Of a stretch of 64,000 nucleotides of DNA, positions 1-13,873 are shown in pieces (the first letter of the stretch is position 1; each line of letters opens with the position of its first letter). The stretch is taken from assembly GCA_013265495.1 (NCBI GenBank), contig MU058687.1, positions 744,001-808,000 of the forward strand, written 5' to 3'. The notes under the pieces were generated by a model. That model ran no database searches. It worked only from the letters and a program-made list of their open reading frames with translations, and was not told the DNA's origin. Origin of the DNA: Vicugna vicugna. Taxonomy: Eukaryota. The translations under genes were made by a program, and so were the position numbers.

Positions 1-1176
1 TGCAAATGCCTCTTATTATAGAGAAACCCGGAAAGCCACTATTGGCATCTACATAGCTCTCCTTTGTACCCAGAAAAAGAATTCAATGGACACTTTTGAC
101 CAATTCTGTTAACAAAAAATTTCATGCATACATCATCTCATTGACCTGCATGTGGCTGTTCTGAAGTAAGTAAGCAAATATGATTGGCCCCACACTGTGG
201 GTAAGGAGGCCAAGACCCAGAAAACGGAGCCTGGGGAACTCTGCTTGTTTTCTCCACTTCCACCCATGCACTCCTGCCTCCCTGCCCTCCACCCCTCTGC
301 AGTGGGCTGGGAAGTATACCTATTCCATTTTATCTGATGGTAAGCAGGGGTGTGGGGTCTGTGGGCAATGTGTAAGTGTGCCTTTGGCATAAGCAGCATC
401 TAGAAAGGTGGAATGAAATGCCAGGCAGAGAAGTTATTTGGAACAGTCAGGGTGGAGCTCTGAGGGCAGCAGAGTGCCCCAGGTGGTCCAGGTGGCACAG
501 GCGGCACTGCCTCTAGAGGGAAAGGGGCATGGTGGGGAAAGATTCTGGAGCCAGAAACCAGGAGGAAATTGGGCCGCCTAAGTGAAGGCATGGTGTCACA
601 TGTTGGGTCATGTGATCAAGATTCTGAACATGGGGCTCTGAGCCCAAGAGTCTAGCAAGGACTTATACTCACTCTCTGCTAACTTTGGGCCAATCAGATC
701 ACCTCCCAAACTATACCTGGTATCTCAGGCCAGACTCTGGTCCAGGAGCTTGCATCTGAGCCAGCAGCCCTTCCAGGAGACCAGTGTAATCATCCAGGCC
801 TCGACCACCTCTTTACCTCCAGCCACCAAAGGCCACAGCTAATTCCCGCACAGGCTGAGTCATGGCACTGGCCTGCACACGTGGACCAGAGCTCCCTGGT
901 CACAATGGACAAGGTTGGGGTCCACATATCCCTCCTAAGAATTTAAGCTAAATCTCTTCAAGTGCTTTAGACCCTCACCCTTTCTACCTCCTTCTGAAAT
1001 CTCATTTGATTGGTTTTCTGTGCACTTCTCTCTTATCTTGTGTTTCTTCCTCTTCACCGGCTCCTTATTAGCATTTAAACATGTTTGAGATTCACTCTTT
1101 AAAAACAAAACGAAACAAATTCCTCTCCCTTATCCCCACATTCTTATCTCAATAGTCTTGTATTCATTCTTGCTTA

Positions 1177-2110
1177 TGTAACAGTTTTCACCTCTACATT
1201 TTGAAGCTTAAAACAACCAACACAAAACAATAAACATTTATTATTATCACATTCAGTTTCTGAGGATCTGGAATCTGGCGGGTTCATCTAAGACTTGTGC
1301 ATCTCATGGGGCTGCAGTCAGAATTAGGTGGCAATTTTGTGAAGGTTCGACCGGGGCTGGAGGATCAATCTGCTCCCACTATGACTCACATATGGCTGTT
1401 GGCAGATGGCCTCCGTGTCTCACCACGTCCGCCTCATGATGGGGCAGCCATCTTCCCCTAGAGTGAGTGATCCAAGAAAAAGTGGCTAAAATAAAAGTTG
1501 TGATATCATTTGGGAAAGGAAAATCAAAATGGAGATGGTATTGCTAACAGAGCTCTCTAAAATGGAGCCAGGAGACCAGTGAGGAAGTGTGACTCATACA
1601 CATCTCAGCCTGGATGGAATCTGAACTTTTGACATACTGTCCTAACAAAGACATCCAGGACATCTGCCAGAAACTCAAGATACTTATCAGACTCTTTCCC
1701 TAAAGTAACCCGTGATAGCCTATCTACTTATCAGATGCTTCCCCTAAAACAACCCATGAGAGCCCATCCCTTAAGGACAAATAATTCTTTTCTTGTATCA
1801 GAGTACAGACTCGTGGCTTTTGCCTTGCTATAAGCCCCTGACTCTTCCTCTTTCCTGGAACACTCTTTTAGCTTTACCTGAATGTGTCTCCTGAATTACA
1901 GTTCATAAGACTCCAAATTAAGCTCTTTGTTCTTTATAGCCTCGATACTGATTATTGTTTGACACTTTTTGTATTAATATCTTGGAAGTGACATTCCATC
2001 ACTTCTGCTAAATGCCTTTGGTCTCACAAAACAACCCTGATATGATATGGGAGGTGAGAACGCCAGGAGGTGGGGGTCATTGGGGACCATCTTGGAGGCT
2101 GGCTACCACA
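1177..2110 (-). mobile_element. MLT1-type MaLR LTR (split by the ERV LTR)
   Basis: Typical MLT1 text gcttaaaacaac...atttattat...tttctgagg.tctggaatctgg and terminal catcttggaggctggctaccaca; boundaries approximate. Confidence 0.6.
1511..1964 (+). mobile_element. Solo ERV LTR inserted into a MaLR LTR
   Basis: TG...CA termini, TATA-like tataag ~1829, ATTAAA ~1917, internal 44-bp tandem repeat; flanks catt/cttt could be a degenerate 4-bp TSD. Confidence 0.65.
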
Positions 2111-2530
2111 CCCCACTTCATAGGCAGACCTGTTCAAAGAGCTGTGCACCTTGGCTGTCTCCACATTCTGCTCTTCTCTCAGACTGCTCTCACTGAGTCC
2201 CCAGTGACTTCCTTATTTCGAAATCCAAAGACTACTTCTCAGTCCTTATCTTACGTAGGTGGCCCCTCTGCAGCATTCCATACTGTTGAGTCCTTCCTCC
2301 TTCACAAACACTTCCTTCCTTGGTGCCTGTGATATCACAGGCTCCTGGATTTCCTTTACCTTTTGGCCTCTCCTTGGTTGCAGTCACAGCCTTCTTTTCT
2401 CCCATCTATCTATTAAGGTTGCTGCACCTCAGGGTTCTGCCGGGGTTCCCGCCTGTGAACATCACCTGGCCTCTGCTGACCTCATCTTCTGGTGCTCCCT
2501 GCACCCCTGCAGAATGTCTCACTGCTCCTG
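2111..2530 (+). mobile_element. L2 LINE fragment
   Basis: aaatccaaagactacttctcagtccttatctt...ctctgcagcatt...ttcctccttcacaaacact is typical L2; probably continues at ~960-1170. Confidence 0.6.
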
Positions 2531-3304
2531 CCCTCTTCCTTTCGTCATCAGTTCAGATCAGCACATCAAGGCTACTCTTTGTCTAGTCTTGAGTTCCTCA
2601 ACTAAAGGAGGAGGAAGAGTCCTGAAGGCAGTAAGGATAAAGGCATAAATTAATGGGGGGAGTAATTGAAATTTATTGATCTCAGATGGAGAAGACTGCA
2701 GGGTGGTTTGATCATTATTTTCAAGTCTACAGAGGCCCCTTTCTTTGAGAAATACGACCAACTGCCCTCCCTCTTCCAAAGACCAAATAGAGAAAGGTAA
2801 TGTTTTAGTAATGACAGAAATGACAGATCCGGGTTAAAACAGAGAAACATTAAATGCCAGGAATTAGCTAGAGCAATGTGGAGTCTGATCAGCAGATTCT
2901 TTTTTAAAAAAGTAGGTTAGGTTTTTGCACATCTGAGATAATTCCTGGTAGACTGAGCTAAGGGTGGGAAGTATATTGGATAACTGGCCACATCCCAGGA
3001 TCCACATCTTCCATGGCTGCATGAGGGGAAGTCCATGGTGGCACTGAGCTCAGAACCCAATCTCTTGTCCATTTTCAGCAGTGGAGTGTGATTGTGGTAA
3101 ACTCTGGGCTGCAGAATAGGTTCCTCCTGGCCTGCAGGGTCAGGGCAGTCTAGCAACTGCCATTTGGTTGCACCAGTCCCAAAACTGGCCAGAGCTTGGA
3201 GTTACAGGTAGGGAGGAGTGGAGTGAAGACGGCATTGATTGGTACTGAGAAGAGGAGCACAATCAGAGATTGGCTAAGAAGAATTGGCTAAGGAGCTGGT
3301 TGGT

Positions 3305-3560
3305 GCATCACCTCCTCCAGGAAGCCCTCTCTGATATCACCAAAATGGCTTAGGGCTCCACCTCTGTGCTCTCACAATGCTCTGTGCTACCTTGGTCCTT
3401 AAATGAACCTTGTGGCACTGAAATGGTCTAAGGATTTGTCTCTCTACTCATCAAACTGTGAACTCCTTGATTGCAAGAACCAAGTTTCGTTGATGGCTGT
3501 CTCTAGAACCTGGCACAGGGTGTAGGCCATGTGAAGAGCTGGGTAAATCAGTCTTAACTA
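3305..3560 (+). mobile_element. L2 3' end
   Basis: catcacctcctccaggaagccct...actgtgaactccttga...cctggcacag. Confidence 0.6.
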
Positions 3561-6500
3561 GTTGACCTAGAGGACAAAGCCTTGGAGGACTCTGTGACAC
3601 ATTGTCCCCAGAGGTGACTTCAGTATAGCCCAGCAGAAGGCCCTGGCAATGGGACGACTGAAGGGATGACCCAAAGAAATGGGGTTCTGGCCCCTGCTCA
3701 GCCACTTATTAGCAGAACGACCTGACTAGCACCTGACAATCCCTTCCCCATGCCTCAGCTTCCTCATCTATCAGATGGAGGTGATGACCCCATAGATTCA
3801 GAGTTGCCTTGAAAATCAAATGAGATAATGAGTGTGCAGGCGGTGAAAACATTTCGAGAAAGGTCTGTAAGACTTATACAGAGGTAAGAAGTTATTAATA
3901 GCTTCATTATTATTCTTACCCAGAATGCCCATGGAAAAGCAGTAAGTGGCAGCCCCAGCCCCCGCACCCCACCCTTCCATACTATTTCTGTCCCTGGAAA
4001 GCAGGTTCTTGGAGTGGTAGTCCCCGCTCTGCCACTGTCGGGGGAGGGGGTGGATGTCGGGTAGAGATCCCCCCTCCCCAGCTCTCCAGCCTGCCTCTCC
4101 TTGGGGGCTCTCACCAAATACTTTGATTTAGAAAGCATGGCTGACACCAGCACACCAGCCAGCTGGAGGACAGCAGGCAGCATCTTGTCTCTGTCACGTC
4201 ACTTGATGCTGCGGTGGTGCTGGTGCGATGCAGAGGTGACCCCTCGAGTCAGGCCTAGGAACAAGGGGAAGCAGCTTTCACTCCTCTTCTGCATTTCTGA
4301 GAAAGAGGGAGCTGCTCCAGGTGGCTGGTCCTCTCTCTCTTCCCGCTTTTCTCCCCATGGCTCCTCTGCTGCCTGCAGCCCCCCGGGCCTGCAGAGTGGA
4401 GAGCTGTGGCCGGGAGTAGGAACAAAGCCAGGGTTTTCTCCTCCCCAACGCTACTCACCTCCCTGACGTTTGCGTGTGCTGCTTGTGGGCATCAGCTGAC
4501 CCATTACTAGGGAGCAGCAAAGAGAAGCAGGTGGCCCCAAGACAGGAAGAGGAAATCCAGATGGGTGGGGTGTGACGGTGACCTGTCCTCCGGAAAGTTC
4601 TGGAGACAACACTGAGGCTCTGCCAGCCAGCAGAATCCCCTGGGATGTAAGCCCTGAGGGCTCCTGGCAGAACACCTGACCTCTCCATCCCTGGACCTCA
4701 TCTCCTGGTTTTCCCGGGGCCAAAATTGCTAACCTGTGAACAACAGCATAAGGGCAGAACAGCCCTGTAGATGTGGCGTTTTCACTGGCTTTGGGAATAA
4801 TCGAAGCCCAGGGTCAGCAAAATAGTAGATACAGAAGAGAGAAAGTCTGGAGTATAAAACTGAAGTCCAAGAAAGGCTGGCACCTGGAGTGAGGTGTCAG
4901 CCAGAGGCTCCGCCAGCCCCGCCCAGGGCTCTGTCCGCAGCGGGAGGTTGTTGCCAGTCTCCTGGGAATAGGCCACTATCAGAGAAATGCAGCCCAGCCT
5001 GGCTGCTCAGAGGAGGACTCCTACCTTGGCCTAGCTCCCCCTCCCCACTCAGACAGCCAGGTCTGCTGCTGCTGACTTAAAACGGTGCCCTCAATTCTAT
5101 CTTTAGCGCTGGCTGCTGGGAGCCTGAGTGACAGGAAGGGTGGGGGCTTGTGCTGGGGTGGGAAAATTTTGCAGCTACCTGGCTTGCTGAGAAGGTGGCA
5201 CAATTGCAAGGAGCAGGGCCTGTGTGGTATTCATTGCTGCACCCATGGCCAGTGCAGTGCCGGGCACTGAGCTTCACTGATACTGGTTGAATGGATGGGT
5301 GGATGCAGCCAAGCATGGGTGGAGCAGAGTTCCCCAGAGGAGAATGAAAGCATGACCAACTGGTCGGTCCATAGACCAAGTCTTGGACCCAGAAGGAACT
5401 CTGCCTAGTCTTGGGCAAACGACTTCTTCTCCTGGCCTCAGTTTCTTCATTTGTAAAAGGGAACTAGATAAGCAGTTTTCAGACCACCTCCATGGACCAC
5501 CGCCACCACATCCACCACCACCTCTCACCTCCCCCTCTCCGTCCATAAACAAGGCGCTGTTGCTAGGTGCTTGAGTTGAAAGGAAGGGACATGATGGGTT
5601 GACAGGGCTCTCCTACCTCTACCATTGGGGTTGAGTCATTTTTATCAATTCTGGATATTGAGCTTCCTGGAAACAATTCTTTTAGACAAAGGGCAGCTCA
5701 GTTCCCCAAGCACATCCAGACTTGAGAAGCCAGAATGAAACTGCCTCTTGCAGCAGGTGGCAAGAAAAGCCCCTCCGCTGTCTCTCATCAGGACTGATAT
5801 GAAAACCCCTTATCTGAGCAATAAAACACCGGCAAGTGTCCACCCAGCCAATTATCTTTTCCAGTAAGAGAAAGTGAATGCAGTGCCCAAGAAAGGATGA
5901 TGAAGGGCTGAGGAGAGGCCCCTGCAGGGCAGTAGGAGGGTGGGTTGGGAGAGGCTGATCAGGGGATGATCCAAACCCACAGCTGGACCTCAAGGAGGAT
6001 TAAGGAGGCAAGAGTTCGGAGGAAACAGCCAGGAGAGGGATGTGGAGTCAGGATCCATCCTCCCCTGACTGTCCTGAGGTGGGAAGGCACCCAGACCTTT
6101 GAGGTCCCAAGGGTGATCTAGTGGCCTGGTGTCCTGGGAGCTGCATGCCAGCTTGGGGTGCTGACCCAGTGGGGCCCAGAGAACAAGGTTACTGGCAAGG
6201 CAGGAAGGCCCTGGTTCTGGAAAGGGAAGCTTGGCCCCTAGGCCTGCCTTATGAAAGGAATGAGGTATGACTGGGACCTCAGGAAAGTTATTTTAATCAT
6301 GTGTGCCTCCATGTCTTCCCTTGTTATAGGGAGGTGACTTCAGACCCTGCCTATCTCACAGAGATATTCTGATCAAAACAGATTATAGATGTGAAAGTTT
6401 CTCTTTTTAAATATTAAAACTGCTTTACAGGTATTATCCAGTGACCAGCATGCTGAGGTCTAGTTGGCAGGACCCTTCTTCTTCTAGGCTTTTCTTCCTC

Positions 6501-9500
6501 CTGCTCTTGTAAACTTACTTGGGTGAAACCCAGGCCCTAGTTTTCTTTCTCTTTTGAACTTCCTTTGACTTCCTCTCATAAGTGTTCCCCCGCCATCCCT
6601 TTCTTTCCCCAGCTTTTACCCTGGTCCAGCCTCTGGTGCTGAGCTCCCAATAGGACAAAGTTCCTGTTTGGACCCCTTGCTTCAACCTCCCAGTTTCTGC
6701 TCATCCCACACACCTGGAGCATTATTATCCATCCCTACTTGGAAACCTGCTGTGTGTTCAGGTGTGCATCCCACACTGGGCCAGAGCTACTCACCAAGCG
6801 AGCCACCTTGGCCGCCTGCTTCTTACTGACCCAACCCCTCCAGGTACCACCTGACACGGGCCCCTTCAGATAGTCAACTTTCTGCTTCCTTCTGCCTCCA
6901 GACCATCCCCTTGCCTACCACTTGAAAGGCCTTCCCATTTCTCTCTGCTAAATCAAGAAGAAAATATCCTTTGAATAGTTGGTTAAACATCTCCTCCCCT
7001 TCAGGAATCCTTTCCCAAATCACCTCACTGAATTCTTGACCCCTCCTTCACTTGGATACTTCTTGAATAGACCCGGATTGGCATCTCTGCAGTGTGTGCA
7101 TCTGCGAGGTATGTGTCTGTGGGTTCTGGTAAGTCCTGTGATGATCATCCTTCCCACAGGCTCCACACCCACTGGTTCCCCCTGGTGTGACTGGTACAGA
7201 CAGCTGACCGACTGGCAGACTCATTACATGGGAAGATGACCAGGTCAGGTCTGGTGTTGGGGAAAATGGAGGGATGGCGTCAAGAGTAGAGGCTGCAGTG
7301 ACCTTTATGACAGTGAGGCTCCCCAGAGGCTTTTCACTAAGACGTGGCCAGAGGGTGTCCTCCTCTAATGCCACTCTGCAGCACTCATCACCTACAAGCT
7401 ATGGCAGGGATTATGGATGAGGTGCAGACATCGTCACCCGTGCCCGGGTTGGCAGGCTGGTTTGTTCTGGCTGCCTGCACATTGCTAACGGATGAAAGCT
7501 CAGGGGCTACTTCTGTGCTGACATCAGGCTCAGCACATAGTCCTGGCCTATTTTGTAGTTTTAAATCCAGAGATGCCAAGGACAGTGCGTGTTTGCTGCT
7601 CAGGCTGGTGACTTAACCCAGAATACCCTTTAGGTTCTTTCCAACCCTGCAGTCTCTTTTTGTATCATTCGGGTTGGAAAATGAAAAGCCCTCTCTGCCA
7701 GCAATTAATTTACCAAAATAAACAAGAATTCTGCTTTTCGTGACAAAGACAGTCCCTGAAAGCAAATCTTAGGGCTGCCAGATTGCAATTTCAAGTGGGT
7801 GCAGCTTGTGTGGTTACAATTTACAGGTGATTTACTACGGAGGTTATGAGAAAAGGAGAAAACGCAGTCACGAGGGAGTAGAGAAAAGTGTTGCCCAGCT
7901 CTTGTCCTCAAATCCAACTTCTCTGGCAACAAGTCTTGTGTCCTTGACTCTAGCTTCCCCCCGTTTTTTTTAAACCACAGATGATTCTTGTTTTTCCATT
8001 CTGTTCTATTTGGCGTATTTCCAGCCCTTTCCTGACAAGGGTGCAGCCTGGCCCACTGCGTCTAAACCACATCACTGGCTGCTGGCACCTCCCATGCACC
8101 CCCATCCAGGACCCTTGGCTTGCTACATTTCACCAGAGGGTCTGGTCCCTTTATCAGAGAGCTGCTTCTGGGGTAGTTCATTTAATCTGCTCTAGAAACA
8201 GTATCCAGGCTGCAGAGATGCAACTTCGCTCCTTGGCCTTCCCTGAACGCTGAATGAATAGGGGCAGGGACACGATGCATTGGAAAGGGAGAGGCAGATG
8301 TGGATCTGAGATACAGAGTTTCTGAGAAGCTGGGAAGAATTTGCTCAGGTAGACAGAGTTGGGGGTCTGGGGGTGGAGGCTCTGAGTGGCACCAACCAGG
8401 GACCATTAGAGATTATGTTGGGGGAGTTAAAAGCAATGATTAAGTCTGAGAACACTGACTCCTTCATCTCAGCCCCTGCTGAGAATCAATCCCAGTAATC
8501 ATCACTCCCATCACCACTTCTGCTCTCTGAGGCTCAGCTCACTCCTAAGGACCCACCAGCCTTCCTCACACACCTACTCTACCAACTTCCTGCTTCCTAC
8601 TACCTACCTTTGAGAACTTTGCTCTTTGTAACTTTGAAATTTGGTTATCTTTGCCAAGATTATATCAACTCTGACCCCGGGGGTTCCCTAGGCCAGACAG
8701 TGGACAAGTATTTCTGTGCATGGTTCCCAGGTCCTTCTTGTTAAAAACAGACACAGCCCTGATTTCAAAAAGCTCAGTTTCTCCTGGAGTCAAGGTAAAC
8801 ACAGAAAGCAATGGAAATATGTAAAGAAACTAGAGAATAATTTCCTTATAGGCAACGGCAGGAAGTTACGTTCTCTTCGCTCTTTCTGCTTTCATCTCTC
8901 TCTTGCTACCCTCCCCATTGTACCCCCAACAATTCTGTCCTGGAGTAGTTTGGATACAATACCCCCTGGAGCCTCTTTATTTAGCCCCTCTCCAGGGAGA
9001 CATAGACATGGCCCCAGCTATCTCCAGAGGAGTAGGTAGGCAGAACAATCTTGATAATAAAATCCAGTGAATAATTTACAGACCAGACTAAGAGTGAGTG
9101 GTTTGCTCCGGATTCAGTTCAACATTTCACACACAACTACTGTTGTGTTAGGTCTTGGAGGGAGTGGTGAGCGGTACAAAAATGAACAAGAAAAATCCTG
9201 CCTCGAAAGAGCAGATTCTTCATGTATTTATAACATTTTTTGATTTATAAAACTTCAATCACACAGAATCCTTTGGAATACAGTACTTTGAGGTATTAAT
9301 GCTTTTCAGACTCTTTCACTGAACTACCGCTAAAGTCATAGCATTAAAGTCTTTAAAATCTCATGAGTTTTTATAAGCATATGAAATTTACATTCTACTC
9401 CATATCAGTATTGGCTTTAATATAAAATGATCCTCCTCTCCCGCAATCCCATACTCCTCAAAGTCTAATTGTAACTCAAGTAGTAGGAAAATGGGACAGT

Positions 9501-9864
9501 TACCCTGTCTTTTGTCCCCCAGTACATTATCTCACACCCAGGGCACACAAGTACCCCTTGAGAATCAGGGTAATAGCTCAATACCTATTTACTGATGCTT
9601 CCTCCTTCCTAACCCATCTCCTAGGTCTGACCTTGTCAGGGGGCTCCAGTCTCTCCATTTTTCTTACCTTGGCCCTCCACACCTACAAGCCAGGAGCCTC
9701 TGAGTTCTGGGACATCCCGCCCCTGGTTTACCTTCTTTATATGCCTCTCTTAGGGGAGGCTCCCTGTTCAGTTCTGGTCTTTGTTTTTATGTTTGGTATT
9801 GTTTTTGGTTTTGGACATACAGCCACTTAGGCCCAAAGCAAACAGTGGCAAAAAAAAAAAAAAG

Positions 9865-10340
9865 GTCATTCATCATTCCATTAATTAATTCTTTCAAAAT
9901 TATTTATTGGCCACTTGCTCCTCTGATGAAGAGCTGTGATAGACACTGCGAATGGAGTGATGAACAAAATGGAAATGTTTTCTACCCAGATGATGGCTGC
10001 AAGTTATTGGGAGAGATGACATTAATCAAATAATCCTACCAGCATGTAATTTGGAATTGTGTTGTGAAGGGAGAAGATAGGGGCTAGGAGAAGGTTGAGC
10101 AAAGTACATACTTGATCTTATCTAAGGGAGGTAGTCAGGGAAGGCTTCCTTAGGAAGAGACATTACAGCAGAAATGCGGAGGATAAAGAGGAATTAACAA
10201 AATGAAAGTTAACAAGTGACAGGGAGCATCCCAGGCAGTGGAAACAGCATGTGTACGAGTCCCATGGCTGGGGGAAGGGAGCACCGCCAGCTTGCGGAAC
10301 TGAGAGGAGACCAGTAAGGCTGGAGCATAAACAGAGAAAG
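9865..10340 (-). mobile_element. L2 fragment
   Basis: tcattcatcattc...atttattg...gtcagggaaggcttcct...ccaggcagtggaaacagcatgtg. Confidence 0.6.
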
Positions 10341-10709
10341 GAGAAGTGGGTCCAATGGGGCCAGAATTCTACAATCCAAATAGATAATTTTAGCTGGAGA
10401 CAGACCTACACACACTGGGTGCACAGTCATGATATAACCGATATGCTTACTTCATTCCAGCATAAATAGAGTAGGAGGAACTTGAAGTAAAAACAAATTA
10501 ACCAAGACCAGAGGTTCAGGAAAAGGTAAATTCCCTACAATAAATATTCCAAAGCCTCAGAAGACAAAGGGCAGGGACATTTTTGTTTAATGAATTAATG
10601 AAGGATAAATGAGGGTGAATACAGATCGAGTACTGTAGTAGACATCTCTGTTTCCAGCAATGCTCCCAGCAGAAGCCTGACTTGGCTCTGCCTCTTCCAG
10701 GCCTGTCAC

Positions 10710-10925
10710 CACACTGCTCTTCCCTCTGGATGCCATGGTGTTCTGTACCTGTGACTGTCACAGCATTGTCCCTCTGTATCACCGTGATGGTTTGCCACTT
10801 GGCTCTCCCACTGGAGTCTGAGCTCCTTGAAGGCAGGGATGTTGCCCTACTCATTTTTTCATCCCCAGGGACGAGCAGAGTGTCTGGCACATAATAGATG
10901 CTCAGTAAGTGTGGGCTGAAGGAAC
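10710..10925 (+). mobile_element. L2 3' end
   Basis: ctgagctccttgaaggcaggga...tctggcacataatagatgctcagtaagtg. Confidence 0.65.
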
Positions 10926-13801
10926 ACACAGTGTCTTGCTCATATAAATACTGCGATAGAATCAGGATGACAGAAGTGAGCAGGTGCCTAAGCCACCTGT
11001 ACCCTCAGGACTAACAGCAAACATTTCAGGAGAGCCAGCTGTATTAGACATCTGTTTTGTGGTGAAATCTTAAACGTGTTCCTCAAGTGATCAAATTCAG
11101 GATGTGGTTTTTCTTCTGGTTTTTTTCTGTGGGTATGTGCATCTCCTCAAGTCAACAGGAACTAAGCAAGAAAATCCACAAGATGAACTGCCAATTCTCT
11201 CCACTAGCCTAGGACATTAATATTCTGAGTATGAGTAGCCTTCATATTCCCAAGCTACATGTGCACACCCATTGTTTCCTTTTGTCCATACAACGCCTCT
11301 GTGAAGTATTTGTAAAGAGGTTAAATGATTCGTCCAAGGTCCTACAGCAAATTGGTCCAGCCTAGAAGCTTTTCTCCTCCATTCATTCCACTGCCTTACT
11401 CCCTACCCCAGCGCTTTGCTTTACCCACCTTGAAAGGAGATGGTTCTCAGCAGCCAGTCTAGGAGATGCTCTGGATAGCTCTGTGGGCCTTCCTCCTGCC
11501 AAGCAGAGCACTTGCGAGCTCTGGAGGAAAGCCAAGGGGCTGCAGAGATTCAGCATACCAGAGCCGGGAGAGAGTTGGATAAGCCTGATCCACTTTCTCT
11601 TGCTCTCCCAGAGGCAACCTGACGCAACATGCAGCTACAGAGCCAGCATCACGACCCAGACGGGAGCAGCCAAGAGCAGCCGGGAGGCTTCTTGCTGAAC
11701 AGAACTGAAGACAGACAGCTGCCAGAAGGGGAGGGGGAGCCATTTCCTCCTGAGCCCAGGGCCAAGGAGCCTGCAGGCTGGAGACAAGCTAGTGTTATCA
11801 ATGAGCCCACTGATGACAGCCAGCTTCCACAGGATGGGAGCCCTGCTCTAAAGAGCTACCCACTCAGGATGGGACACTACTACGCCCTTCTTCAGGAGAT
11901 TGAACCAAATCAACTATTACTCTTCCTACCTCTTTGGAGACCAACGCTATTGTATGGTTAAATGATCAGAATCAAAAACTGAAGAATCGTGACTTTTTTT
12001 TCCACATTAATAAAAAACTCACTGAATAATTGCTGAGTGTTGAGTTTTAGGCATTTACTTAAAGAGGAAAAGGCAGTCTCGATTCTCAAGATGTTTACAG
12101 TCTAGTAGCAAGGCAGGCTGACACAAAAAATTATACATGGAAAAGAATGTGGTTAAGTGTCATAAAGAGAGGATTAGAATCTGCCTTAATGAAGCCAAGC
12201 CACAGGGAGGCCGTCAGGGAGGCCACTGGTCTTGAATGCCACCTGGAATTAAATCTGGAAGACAAATCCATGGCAAATGCCTATGATTGAGCAGTTTCCA
12301 TGGATGCAACTTCTTTTCTTGTCTAGGAGGATAATAATAATCTGGTACCTATTAGAGTCAGGTGCTGCACTGAGCGTTTTGCATACCCCACCACAGGTCA
12401 TCATTAGAACCACCTCGAGGTGGGTACACTTAGCCTCCTATTTTACATCTTTCATAACTCATCCAAAGTCAATCAGCTAGAAAGAATTGGAAGTGGCATA
12501 GAAACTCAACATGTATTTAAAAATTTAAACATTACAGAAATGTGGCAACAACTGTGTTCCAGAAGTGATAACCTCCCCACAGATCCTGGGGAAATGCTCA
12601 GAGGTCCTGTGGAACAGTTCAGACTGTGGTGGCATCTCTCTCTGGTGTCAGGCTCCTAGACTCTAAATCTCCCCAGGAGACCAGCAACTCCATGCAGGAG
12701 AAGGAAAGATAAGGGGAGAAAATGAAGACCACACATGTCAGAATTCTGCAGAATCAGGTGAAAATCCTCTGGGCCAAACCTATCTGAGATGATCTCTAAA
12801 TTAAATGTCTTGACCTTAGTCTCTGTTCTAAGCTCTCTGGACTCTGGACTCCAGGAATTGGCCTTGCTCTCATAGGTATGACTAGTCTGAATCTGTTTGC
12901 CCATGGTGCTCAAATTTCCCTTCAGTCTTCAATGAATCATCAGCTGTTTGTTCTGACAGAGACGTTAGAGATGATCTAGCCCAATCTCTTCCATTTTTAT
13001 ATCACACATTGACAGTAATTAATGGCAGAGCCCCTAGGATGTTTTTCCTTTGTTTCAGTAAATAGTCATCTTACCACTCAACACTGATGTAAGTTATTCC
13101 CTTTGATTGCAAAACCCAGAAAAGGGTCTTGTAACTGTTGTACGCATCCACTGAGAACCTCTGTGAAACCCCATCTGTAATATTTTGCTCCATCTGCAGT
13201 ACCCCTTTTCCATGGTAAAGCCCTTTCTCTGATTATGAGAGTAGAGACTGCTGTTGCCAGCCTGCCCTTCTGCTTCCTCACTGGAACCCCCAGCATCTCT
13301 GCCATGTTCAAGGCCCACAGCCATCCATTCTGTCTGCCAGATGCCTTATTGGCTTGACCCACTGGCAGGCAAAGCTAAGCTCATCCTTTCACCTGCTGGC
13401 TGCTTATCTGAGACACATGATGTGTGGAGAACAGCCTGCCAGGCAATGAGGAGATGAGATGGTTCCTCTTCGAGCCCCAGCAGATGAGGGGCGCAGCACT
13501 GACAAGCTAGATCCGCCCCGGGACCTCATGCCTTTACTCTCCATTTGGGACAGCAAACATCTGTGCTCTCTGGCACCATGGGGCGAGGAGCAGAGAACAG
13601 GGTGGAAGGCCTGCAGCCAGTGGAAGACACCATGGCTCTTCTTTCCCCCATTGTAAAGGGCAGCCATGCCTGCTCACCACTTTGCTCATCTTCTCCTAGG
13701 ACCCTCAAGCCACCTATGCAGCTCAGCTCCTGTGCCCCACCCTCCACCATCCCCACCACTCCTTTTTAGGAACCCAACCCCCGGTTTGGAGAGCATGGTA
13801 G

Positions 13802-13873
13802 GTTCCCATAGCGATAGGCCTTTTAGCTGTTTCCATGGCAACCAACACCCAGACCATTTAGTTGCTAGTCAAC
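13802..13873. promoter_or_regulatory. RFX X-box cluster
   Basis: GTTTCCATGGCAAC at 13829-13842 (consensus X-box), GTTCCCATAGCGAT at 13802-13815, GTTGCTAGTCAAC at 13861-13873. Confidence 0.6.
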
